A program made the translations under genes and the position numbers. Source: Klebsormidium nitens (Eukaryota > Plantae > Klebsormidiophyceae). Taken from it: 64,000 nucleotides of DNA. The stretch lies in contig DF237101.1 of NCBI GenBank assembly GCA_000708835.1, positions 1 to 64,000 on the forward strand, written 5' to 3'. Shown in pieces: positions 12,801-23,613 of this stretch. The notes under the pieces are model-generated. The model saw nothing but the letters and a program-made list of their open reading frames with translations, searched no databases and had not been told where the DNA came from. Every line of letters starts with the position of its first letter. The first letter of the stretch is position 1.

Positions 12801-14717
12801 CCTGGTTACGGAGTTGTCTAGCTTCCTAGCCAATGCTTGACGATTGAGTCCGCTTTTCTGTTATCAAGATGAAGGTAGGATCCTTCAAGAAGGCTCTTTT
12901 TGTGTCCTTCAACAGAGACGTCGTAGGGACTAGGTTCGGTGGCAGCGAGCTTGGTACGAACTTTTTCAGCTGACGGCGAATCCCAAACCTGAGAAAGTGA
13001 TTCCTGCTGTTATTTAAGCAAAAGTAGTTTTGGGATAACCTGCCTGGTTAATGATTTTGCGAAGTTGATTGGTGCGTGCTGGAGGGGTCATTTCACGAGT
13101 CGCCAAGGTTGAAAGGCCCGCAGTCCTTTACAAGTCTGCTTCTGAATGTCTGTGGGTGGGTCACGGTTACGGTTAAGGATGCGTCACCACAAGTTATGAA
13201 GGTTCTGCTGACAGGAGGTCAGGATGGTCACATGACAGCCTTGCGTCATCATTCCGGCAGTCAATAGGAGAGCGACACGTGGCCAGCCCGAAACCCTACA
13301 AAGCGATTAGCAGACGGTACCGCTTCAAAGACAAAGTCTTACCTCGTGCCGGTTAGCTGGTTTTGATTTCCGTTCATGTAAACGGCATTTTTACTTCAGC
13401 GCATCCCTCTGACGTTGCGTTCCTGAAGTCGACCTCCTTGAGGTAGCCTGCGTGGAAATCAAGAGCTGTTCCATCTGTCTACATTTCGAGTTACTCATTT
13501 CCGTCCGCCCCAGCAAGATGGCTCAGCGTCGGAGTCGACCATCGCCTGGGGACGGCTCACGAATAGTTTCTCCTGCGCTCATCCCTGTACAGCCCCTAAT
13601 TTCTCAATCACCGTTTGCCCAGGAATGACTGTCCACTGCTGAAGTTAATCGGGCCATTCGGGCCATTCGGAACCCCTTAAGTTCTCAGTCCTCCCGGTCC
13701 TAATCTCCCCGATCCCCCCCCCTGCAGAGTGACGGCCCGGCCCTGGAGCTGACCCCCCCCCTGGAGGCGGCTCGCGAGGAGTTCCGGGTGACTCAGCTAC
13801 TACCGGCGATGGCCCCTCTTCTAAACGCGGAGCGGGATCCCTGGAGAGGTTGGATCGAACGGCTCGATCTAATTGGTCCAGTCCCGCAGGAGGAGGTGAC
13901 GCAGGTGAGAGGCGCTTGGCAGTGCAGGATTTTGTTCACTCCTCGGTGTTCAAATAGTGTGTCTTGTACTCGAAGTTGAATTGAAGCCGCCCACGATCCC
14001 CAGCATCCCCTCAAAAGAGAAGAGCGATTTCATTGGTTGGTTCTTTCCCGCCTCTTCGTGTCTGCTCGTATGTTGTCGCCAAGAACTTTCGGAAATCCTG
14101 CTAGAAAGAAGTCGATCTGATTGGTCACTGTTGCGACAGGAGGGCACTCAGTGAAGCTGGGAGATGCGGGTCGTGGGTTGTGGGTCTCGAGGTTCTTGGA
14201 TCCATAAGATCTCCTCATCGACTCTAGATCTGTGAACCCATAAGTAAGTAAGGAAGTACCGGAGTTCTTCGGTGCCCAGAGAAATTCACTCATCGGCAGC
14301 CAGGGTAAAACGTTCAGCACACAGGCACGGGCCTACTGGGCTAGTCTGCCCAAAGCGGGAGAAACAGTGGACGGAAAGAGCCTACGTGGCCAGACACTCG
14401 TGCTTTGGCGCATTCTTTCCCTGCTTCATTACCAAGCAAGAAGTACTGGCAGCCCATGCTGCTCTTTCCAGTCATAGCGCTTCTCCGCACGCCCATTGCA
14501 ATCTCTTCTTGCCTCTGATCTTGACACGTGTCCTCGGCAGGTACTGAGCTGCTTCGAAGAGTGGCGGAGCAACCAACCGGAGCGAGGTACCGAAACGCGA
14601 GAGCGCCCCCCCTGGTTCCAAATCGCGCGGCAGCCCCGGCCGACGGGCCCCCGGCAATGGGCCTCCCGAGGAGGAATGCAGACTGGAGGGGGGGGGAGTC
14701 GTTGGGGTAGGCGATAA
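6849..14717 (+). CDS. truA: tRNA pseudouridine synthase, TruA/PUS1 family, long N-terminal extension, possibly organellar (9 exons, about 828 aa)
   Basis: Exons 6849-7623, 8034-8066, 8500-8612, 9355-9503, 10007-10151, 10904-11641, 12567-12746, 13728-13904, 14541-14717; phases close. Motifs [19 protein letters not shown] (catalytic Asp), [28 protein letters not shown] and MAPAEGLFL. Confidence 0.9.
8950..9354 (+). repeat. Heavily decayed acceptor echo copies of TruA exon 4
   Basis: The copy near 8955 translates CAG|[12 protein letters not shown] versus the real CAG|[13 protein letters not shown]. Weaker copies near 9085 (TGCACGC...AAGATGG) and 9235 (GGTGC..TTG..GTGTCGT...TCAAA). Confidence 0.5.
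9731..9752 (+). repeat. Short donor-side echo of the TruA exon 4 end
   Basis: GAGTATGTGGCGTGCAGCCGGT versus exon GAGTGTACGGCGTGCAGCCGGT (14-nt exact core). Confidence 0.45.
11114..11197 (+). repeat. In-frame 21-nt coding tandem repeat (DSDVGDN-like x4) within an acidic insertion of TruA
   Basis: GATTCGGACATGGGCGATCGT / CATTCGGACGTGGGCGATAAT / AGTTTGGACGTGGGCGACAAC / GATTCGGACGTGGGCAGCTCC. Confidence 0.85.
12140..12566 (+). repeat. Acceptor echo array of TruA exon 7 (3 copies)
   Basis: CACAG|ATTCGGAAGATGGTAGGGGCCGCC...CTCGACCCCATGCTCGC-like units near 12145, 12295 and 12427; real acceptor at 12566. Confidence 0.92.
13395..13727 (+). repeat. Decayed acceptor echo copies of TruA exon 8
   Basis: Near 13511 CAGCAAGATGGCTCAGCGTCGGAGTCGACCATCGCCTGGGGACGGCTCACGAATAGTTT aligns to the real CAGAGTGACGGCCCGGCCCTGGAGCTGACCCCCCCCCTGGAGGCGGCTCGCGAGGAGTTC. 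Weaker copies near 13410 and 13620; period about 105-110 bp. Confidence 0.55.
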
Positions 14718-16254
14718 CCGGGCGTTTTGTGGGTTAGGACGAACTCGGCAATTGGCGGGAAAGAGTTAACGGAGTTTCGTCTTTGACTTCTCCCGACCGA
14801 GTTGCAGGTAGAGGATCATGTTGATCAGGCATTTAGAAGAGACGTCAAGCCTGCGCTGCTTATTTGGGAAGCGAAAACTTGCAAACATGGGGACGGTTTG
14901 CCGCAAACTTTCATGTGACTGGAGGCGGACGTGGTCAGCATCGCAGGTTTGAATGACCCGATGGGGTTTTGGAAGAGCAACTGTGGGACACAGACTCTGA
15001 CGATGCATTTAGCGCCTCACAGGCACATGTGCATGGGGAATTGTAGACACCTGCAACATGATCGAAGCACAGACTTGCGGATTCGTGGATCTCGGAATCA
15101 AGCTAGCAAGATTTGGGGGGTCTTGTTATCGCCAGGGCGATGACCCCAATTTCACTATGCTGTTGGCCCCAACCCTATATTCCAGACTGCCGTCAGCCTT
15201 TTTCAGAACACTGTCACAGTTGATGCTGGTCTTTGATTTCATAATCTCAGTGCCACTCCCTCTGACCAAGATTCAGAAGTCGGGCACATGCACGAAAGGA
15301 GTACTGAATTGCTTGAACATGTTGAAAGATCCCTGCATACTTGAGTTCGTGCGAGGCCCGTCCGAACTTGCTTGTGCAATCGTGGGAATGCATGCCAGTG
15401 AGGTAGTGCACAATGCAGCCGCATGCACGCTTGTAGCTTTGTCCGAGTGAGCAATGCCAAGGTCGGAGCCTGGGGGGAACATGACGCATGCATCGACTGC
15501 ATGACGCGTCTGACTCATCCGCAGGCTCGCATGCAAGGTCTCGGCAATGAGCCTGCAGTGCCGGTCAGACAGCGCGCGCGGATGGAGCGGTGTCTTTGAA
15601 TCATGCTGCAATGCATTGAAGGACTGCCGCCACGGCAGGGGCGAACGCCCCAGAGGTAACGAAGTGTGGGCTGACTCGGCTGGTTCTGCATTTTGGATTC
15701 ATGGCAATTGACCGCATATGCTGTATGCATACTATAAGGTTGCTGTGCATGTGTAGCTAAGTCGTAAGAAGGAGCTGCATGCAATTATATAATGCGATAG
15801 GTCTGCTTAGCAATGTTCTCAAGCGATAGGTTTACCATGCTGCTCACGACACTGGATGCACATGGTTACTTCATCAAGTCCGATCCACTGGCATGCCAAT
15901 CGGTTGTTACCGTTCCTTTAAGGCAGTGTTATTGGGTGCTGTCATACATGCATGTTGCTAAAAAGGTACTTCTACCAATAAAACATCAATGCCGCTGGCT
16001 TCATATCTATCGTTTACATGTGCAACACGAAACAGAGCTGATCATGCTGAGCTGATGCACAGCTTCAGACTTTCAGCCTTCAAATAGTTTCATCAGGCAT
16101 ATTTCACAGCGGCAAGCACAAATGGGAGAAGCGTTCAGCAAGCAGGAATGGAATCAGTATTTGGTATTCAGCGATGGACCATCTCTTGATGATACAGCCC
16201 TTCGATCGTGTACCCTAAAGAATTTATCCTGACAGGAGAACATCACCATGCCAT

Positions 16255-16302
16255 CATTGCATTCACCTCAAACCCATTCATTGCATTCACCTCAAACCCA
16301 TA
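16255..16302. repeat. 24-bp tandem duplication
   Basis: CATTGCATTCACCTCAAACCCATT / CATTGCATTCACCTCAAACCCATA. Confidence 0.9.
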
Positions 16303-16951
16303 TAAATTGTAAGGATAAGGATTGGAGTGAGAGAAAACAGCAACTTGGAGTTGTCAAAAACCTATATGTTGTTTCCTTCAAAAAGTGACAGGACATTATG
16401 ACTACCAATCAATGCCCCAAGGCCTAGACTCGGCTATGGGCTGTGGCAATTGTTTTGATCAAGACTTGCTTATCTGTTCGTAATCTGCGTAAAAGCACTT
16501 GAAGCCTACTGATCAGCGCCGGGTGCCGAAGCACTTTGTGTCTACCTAGTCTCATAGTAAAGTACCATTAGATGCCGAGCTCCGTTTGACTTACTAGTAG
16601 CGCTACTCTGCCTTATTATATACAAATGAATACCTCAACCTGCCAATGTCAATGGTGGACCTCTGCGACTCTGAGCGCGCGACCCCTAAGAACTTCCGTG
16701 TACGATCAATCGACCCAACGTTTTTCCGCAGTTGCCCCTGACCTGACGGGGTAATAACCACCTATAGCTCTGTGAATACAGTCTCTGTCGTCCTGCCCCT
16801 ACCTCCCTCTCTGCATCCTACGACGCACTCTATAGCATCCCAGCCTTGGGAGCCCCAACTTACAGACCGCATTCTGTAAGGAAACTCTGCATCGCCTACT
16901 CTCTCTCCCCACACACTACACGCCCCATACCAAGTTCCGATCTACCAGATG

Positions 16952-18203
16952 TCACCGAGAGTAAGGGTACGCGCCGCAGACCGCAATGGCATTGGACGCA
17001 AAGGCACTGGAGGGGCTGAGGGCGAGCTTTTGCTTGTTGTACGCAGCTTCCGTGGAGCACGTGACGATGTCGCAAATGGGAGGGGTCCTGGGAGTGAGGG
17101 GCCGCTCGATCTGGTACCCCCCGCTGCGGATCAGCTCCTTCTCCAGGTGGCAGGTGTAGGCGTCGAATGTGGCAGTGGTCACATTCAGCCGGAAGTCCAG
17201 CCGGAACAGAAACTCGAGCTCGAGCCGGTTCATCTCTGCCGTGGTCACGCCGCCGACTTTGCCATAGAAGGAGTTGCAGTAAAAGCTGCAGGATGGGGTA
17301 GATAGGGTAAGGACTTCTGATGCACTGGGTGGCTTGATGTAAATAGCAAACTTACAAAACTCTATGTGAAACTCTATGTGTTATCTTGATAGATCGACCA
17401 GGTGATCCAAAACTTTGGAATCAATGAACTCGAGCTGGTCTCCAAACAGCAACCGCAAAGGCAATGCACATTCAAAACACACGAAACAATCTGTACAGAG
17501 CCCCTTTGGCAGGTTATGCAAATCTACCTGTCCTGACCAGATTCAAAAAATAGCATAACAGCTGATATCCAAGAAGGCTCCTTCTACATACAAACCCGAA
17601 GGCAGCTCAACAACCCCTGCAGAAGCTAGCACCCAGCTTGAAAAAACCCTATCCAAACTCGAATCTTGACAAAGAAACCCTGAAACCCCAAATAAGGGGG
17701 CACTTTGTGAACACTCACGCGTCGTCCAGGAACTTGGCCGCAGTCATGACGCTTGTGATGAGGAGTCTGTGGACGTTGAGAGAGGTGATGGGGAGGTCTG
17801 GCTGCCGCTGCATGAGCCGGTCGATGTACACATACGCGACCACAAAGCAAGCGGGGCTGCAGTTGGCATACTTAAATATCCTCTCAAGATACTTCTCAAT
17901 AGAGATCGTGGGTGCCCTAAGGCCGTGGAAGACCGTGAGCTTGCTGCTGTACGGCCTGCCGCTGGAACCCCCCGCAAGTGCCCGTGCTTCGTTCCTCGAC
18001 ACTAGCTTCTCCAGCAGGTTTGAGAGCACGCTCAGGACTCTTGGACGCTCCACAGAAAACCCTGGCTCTGCCTCGATCTCAAGCGCTGTATAGGGGTCTG
18101 AAACAAACTCAGGCTCTGCTCTGTGCACCTTGCGCGGACCCATGACAAAGTCCATGTCCTCGCAATCCGAGGGGGGAGGGGGGGGGAGCATGTGGAGCCC
18201 CAT
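16952..18203 (-). CDS. CYCU: U/P-type (PHO80-like) cyclin (2 exons, about 272 aa)
   Basis: Exons 18203-17719 and 17285-16952; phases close. Motifs FHGLRAPTISIEKYLERIFKYANCSPACFVVAYVYIDR, NVHRLLITSVMTAAKFLDDA and FYCNSFYGKVGGVTTAEMNRLELEFLFRLDFRL. The start codon is uncertain (upstream in-frame starts exist). Confidence 0.9.
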
Positions 18204-21200
18204 GACTGGCACTTGCAAACTTTTGTTTGAGCGACACGGCTTGGATCTTGTTCCCGTGTGGACAGCCCCAAAGCATCTCCTGGCATGTGCTTGCGAGAAT
18301 GATGCAGCGAAAGGGGACGCTTTGGGCTTTTGTAGGAGGACGCTTTTCCAGAGGCGCTCAAGCGTCCAGGGACTCGCTAGCCTAGACGCGGACTGACGTC
18401 TTGCCAGCCACAATCGCTCCTTCGAGTCGAGACTGGCTGCAAGAGGCAGGAGACTTCGCAACTTGAGCTGGCAGGACTGGTTCTGCGCGATTTGGGATCA
18501 GACTGAAATTTGCAGTGCAGCAGGCGGTGTGCACCTGAGCCCTGTAGGGAAATCCGATCGAGAAGATTAGCGTACTCAATTCGATGCGAACAGTGCTCAC
18601 TCCCAGTCTGCGTCCTCTGGGCGAGCTCCAGTTGCACTGCTGTTCGGTCTCCTGACAAACTGCATCGAAACTGTCGCGCCAACTGGGCGCAGCCTGACGG
18701 TACGGTGCGGTACTGGTAACGCTCAAATCAGTACCGGATCAGTACCAACTGAGACTGGCCGGTGGTGCTGTTGGCGCGCTCAACCTCACAAACTCCACAT
18801 CAAACTGCACTTTTTCAGAGACACCAGTACGGTAGGATTAGCTGGCACTGCCAGACTGCAGTACGACCAGAAGACGGAATCCGATATTTGAGACTCACCA
18901 GATTTTTTTTGGTCGATTGAGCGCTTTTTTTGTACCACGTGGATTAGACCGAGTCGACTCATTGGACGTTTGCGCGTCCAATCAGAAAGGTGTGAAGTAA
19001 GTTCTGACATCATCAAACGCTATCGACCGATAATCGCACGTTTGTCGCATTGCTCCCGATTGTACGGAAAGTAGCAATACCTATGCGGAACAGATCGGAT
19101 GTACCCCCGGCGGCTGGACGTCCTAGTACGGTACGCCGGACGGGCATCCTACCGATTCCTACGATCAGGATTCAGGAACACCGTACACCGTACCTTCCAC
19201 CTAACAAAGATACCACGGAGATGTGCCAAGTCACTTGTGCGAACTACCGGTAGGTACCGGAATTTGTACCATGGTATAATAGCTTTCCGATAGGTACTTC
19301 AGAGTGCAGGGCCCAGGCAGTAGGTACCATTCCCCTTGCGGGTATTGCAGGTAGGTTTGCAAACCATGGACCCGGCAGCTCACGTCTCTGGAAACGGCAA
19401 TATGGGCACCGCTTCAGCAGCCGCAAATTTACCTCTACGCGGGGCGGCTCGGCCGCCTGACGGCTTCCAGTGCGTTCGTTAGCCTGTACCCAACTTCCAA
19501 GCCTAGTGGGCCGGGGTGGCTAGCTAGGTACCGCTGCCCGCAGTGCGCACCCGATCCGTGCTCAACTGCTGATGTCACAGTAGGATACGCCGTACGGAAT
19601 CATGCCGTCTATCGCGGCCGTTTGCCGGGCGCGGCGGGCAAGAGCAGAAATTCTTGGTTTCTTGTTTCTTTGAGATTTCTCGGATTGAGAAGGTCATGGT
19701 CCCCGTCCGGCCCAGTAGGACTACCCCGTTGGCGCACCGCGGGCCGGCCATCTCGATGCTAGTAGTAGCCTGTAGGTATACCGTAGGTAGATGATAGATT
19801 GTATGACGGCGAGACCCTCAGGCTGGCCGGGGCCCCGCGGCCGCCCCCGGCGCCCCGCAGATCCTCGCAATGGCCGGGCCCCGCGGACAACTTGAAATAT
19901 GGCATGGGGCCATTTCTGCAATCATTGTCCCTCGAGTCCTGAGTTGTACCTACCGGTTTTGCCTGACGGGTACGGTGTACCCCCAGTAATTTGGGGCCCC
20001 GGCACACCATTGAACTCGACGCCGTCGACGGACGGTTCAAGTCAAACGTGCCTAGCTGGCACTGCTGGCGTAAGCAACGCCGCCGTCTAGCAATGGCTGC
20101 AAATTGAGTTGAGACGACCGGCCAGCAATTGTCCGACGAGTCCGCTCCTTATCCAGTTTGATTAGGCCGGTGACAAGCTCCTGATGAAACAGTCTTTGAC
20201 ACTGGCAGTGAATCAGCAACACTCTGTAGATTAAATCAGTGCAAATAGTGTAAGCTTTAATAGCCCCTGGGAATGCATCGTATCAAAATGCTTGGTCGAC
20301 GCCGACAGCCGTGCATGGCCGCAGGACCCCGATAATCGGGCCCGATTAAATAATAACCGAGTCCATTTGTCAACCAGCTGGCAGCCGCCCGTGCCAGTCA
20401 CCACTTGCAAATTGCAGTACCGGTACTGGTAATCAGCACCGCAGGCAAGGTGTACCGGTCCTTCCCCTACGACGTAGGCACTAGTACACCGTCGTAGGCA
20501 GGTTCCGTAGGTAGTTGCGAAGAAACTTACCGTAGGTACGTAGTACCTAAACCGTACGAAAGGTACCTCAAGTGAGACCAATAATGAAATCGTCACCAAC
20601 ACGGCTTGCCAATAAAGGTGCTATCCGTTCCGGTAGATACGCGTCATTGGCCGCCCGAGTCGCGAGATGCGCTCGACCGTTCCTGTAGAGCCAAGCTCAC
20701 AATATCGACGGCTGAAAACGGACAACGTAGATAGGTGCCTGATCGTTAGGGGCTTGTGCGATTTATACGGTCCTCTACAGTACCTAGGTAGTGTAGCAAG
20801 GCGTCGGTACCTATCCACTTACGGTACTTTCATCAGTACCTACCCAGGGCTGGGTCCGCCTAGCAGGACCCAGGTACGACCGGAAAAGTTGGAAACTAGG
20901 TACCGTAGCTTGTAGGTAACCGTGACGTACGGTACTGGGTATACCTATACCTATCCGTGTGGATCTTATGGAGTCTTTGAAAGCAGTTCGTATAAAAACG
21001 GACTTCTGCTTATATGGTTAGATCGAATCGCAACATATCGTACCAATCGCGTGCTCGATACCAGCTGTGACCGGAGGGCCCCTTCACCGGGTGGGGCAAG
21101 TGAATAGTACGCCTGGTGGGAGTACCACCGGTAGTTTACCATAGCCACTGGCATGGGCCGCTCAGGTAGGTACGTACTTTGAATTGAAGCCGGTGCAAGC

Positions 21201-21791
21201 CCTGATTTGATCGTGCAGATCTGCCGAACCCGCTGGACCCTTCCACCTAGGTACCTCTAGGCTACCTATACGCGCCCTGATTTCATGCAATCCAAGAATT
21301 TGGTATGAAGGCCGTCGACCGTATCTTATCATCGTAGAGACGTCCGGTACCTACCTAGGCACCGTAGTTGGGTCCGGTAGTATACCTACCGTACCTAGTA
21401 CCGGTAGGTACTGTCCGGTTCTTGATACAAAACCAGAGTTCCAGACTTACCTACTGTACCGGCAAACCTACGGTACCTACGGTACCTAGTAGGTACGGCT
21501 GCTGGCACACTAGGTACCTAGGTGACTAGCCTCTAGCTTGCGTGCTAGGTACCGTACAATGCCCAAGGAAGTACGGTGCCTACCTAGCGGTACCTACCAT
21601 ACCTAGTATTCTTCGTGCGGTACGTGTTTAGATGTACGGTAGGTATGATAAGGTCGGGAGTCGGGACTCGGCACTCGGGAGTCGGGACTCAGGAGTCATG
21701 ACTCATCCAGTCGACTCACCAAGGTGCAAAGCGGCCGGGCCAGAAGCCACCATGCATGCAGATTGCAGGACTTAAAATTCCCCCAGACTCA

Positions 21792-21811
21792 NNNNNNNNN
21801 NNNNNNNNNNN
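21792..21811. other. Assembly gap (20 N)
   Basis: Run of N. Confidence 1.
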
Positions 21812-21875
21812 CGGTACACGACAAAAGCAGGACCTAAAATTCTGACAGTTGTCGAGTTCCAACCGTCTCGCCAAG

Positions 21876-21970
21876 TTGCAAGTCTGACACCAACGGATGT
21901 CAGTTTGGCGAAGCACTCCATCTGGAGTCAGCCTGAGTCTGGATGACATCCGTTGGTGTCAGACTTGCAA
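21876..21970. repeat. Perfect 27-bp inverted repeat with a 41-nt spacer
   Basis: TTGCAAGTCTGACACCAACGGATGTCA (21876-21902) is the reverse complement of TGACATCCGTTGGTGTCAGACTTGCAA (21944-21970). Confidence 0.95.
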
Positions 21971-23613
21971 GTTGCACAAACCAGTGGAGGAGTCTAGCTA
22001 TTACGTACGGGACCTACGGAGTCCTGAGTCCCGACCAGGTACCTACGGTAATATCGACGTACCGGTAACCTCTTGAGTTGGTGGACCGTGGGGTCCGGGC
22101 CCCGGGGGCCGTTGTCGTCGTGATGACATCATCAAATCCGATCTGATTTTGTACGGCACTCTGTCTCGCTCAGAACTCAAACCACAGGAGATAACATGCT
22201 ACCGAGAGTCTCTAGGTACATGCAAAGCACCTGTACACTACGGTACCTAGATGGTGCTGATATTGGTACCTAGGACCTAACGTACCAGATTGTCATACCG
22301 GAAAATAATAAAGTCGAGACTTGTGTACACTTTCTGGTCCGGTACCATCAGTACTTGAATTAGTACGCGGCCATGGCCCGCGCGATAACCATAAACTTTA
22401 ATAGTACCGTAATATGGATCTTAAGGTACTGAAAGTACTGGATTTCCGACTTAACCAACACTAAAACCCTAAGGACAAAATGACCTGCTCCGCACCCGAA
22501 CCCACCCTAACCACCAAACTAACCCCACCCGTACTCGTGTACCTTAAGTTCCTTATTACTATTAAAGTTTATCCCTATCCCGCGGGGAGGACCCCGCCTG
22601 GGAGGGCGGGTGTGCACTGTGGACTCTGGACAACTTTGATCTCGATTCTCAGGACATTCCGGATGTGAGGAAACGACCGCCAGGGGTTCAGTTCTCCCCT
22701 ATTGTGGAACCCCTCTTACAATGTCTACGAGATTTCACGCGGGGCCGCCTGGTGACAGTCCAATCAGAGCCGTTCGATGCAAATTCAATGTCAACCTAAG
22801 GGCCTAGATTCTTTGTTCCGGCACCGACGGAGTCGTACGTTACATACCACAGGTGTCGCCGGTCCCGAGATCGGGAAAGTTTCCTGAATCCTGATCGAGA
22901 TTGGGAATTTTGTACGCTACCAGTATTCTCTACACCGGCCCTCCCTGGCAGCCACGGTCACGGTTTAATGGGCCCGGGGCCCCCGTCACATGTATGGCCT
23001 GTCAGTCTCAAACTTCCAAAGGCCCCGGGCACAGAAAACCGGAAAACCTAACCCAAAAAATAACACGCTTCCGCACGCATAGGTACCCACCCGGTACAAA
23101 CACCAAATAGACCCTGCCTAATACCTAGCTGTAGTAGCCGTGCCTCGGGCAATGAATCTCAGGAACTCACGCTCGACTGTGAAGCGTTGAGCCAAAAGTG
23201 AGAGCCAAGTTTTGGTGATCATGGTCTCGCTGTATGCAAACCAGTCTTGACCCCACTGATTTGCGACATTATTCAACTTTTTAAAAAGTCATATCATGAT
23301 TCATGCAGCCTGACCAATGTGGCGGATTGTGGCATTGCACTACTGAAAGATGTTCTTTGGTTGATATCCAATATCACCATGCCGGGACCATGTTCATGTC
23401 CCGATAGTCGCAACCGTACTTACATGATGCACAAATCACAATCCAATGGGTTCGACATCCACGTTATTGGACAACTAGTAAGCTGCTAATAGTTGGGGAA
23501 GTCGTGTAGTAGCCTGATAGGGGCTCCTCTGTTGACGTCCAAAGATACCCACATCGAAGGGACTTCTGCTGCAAGTTTCACAAACTCAAAGTCTTGTTGT
23601 CGAGGTCACGCGG

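Larger units (their letters stand above)
19000..23150. other. Gene-free block strongly enriched in GTAC/TAGG/CCTA words, with GC-rich palindromes
   Basis: Runs such as GGTACCTACGGTACCTAGTAGGTACGG; no credible spliced ORF found. Confidence 0.7.

Noticed and set aside
14766-15784. Several 80-130 aa ORFs between TruA and the cyclin
   Set aside because: No domain similarity or consistent splice model found; a small gene cannot be fully excluded.
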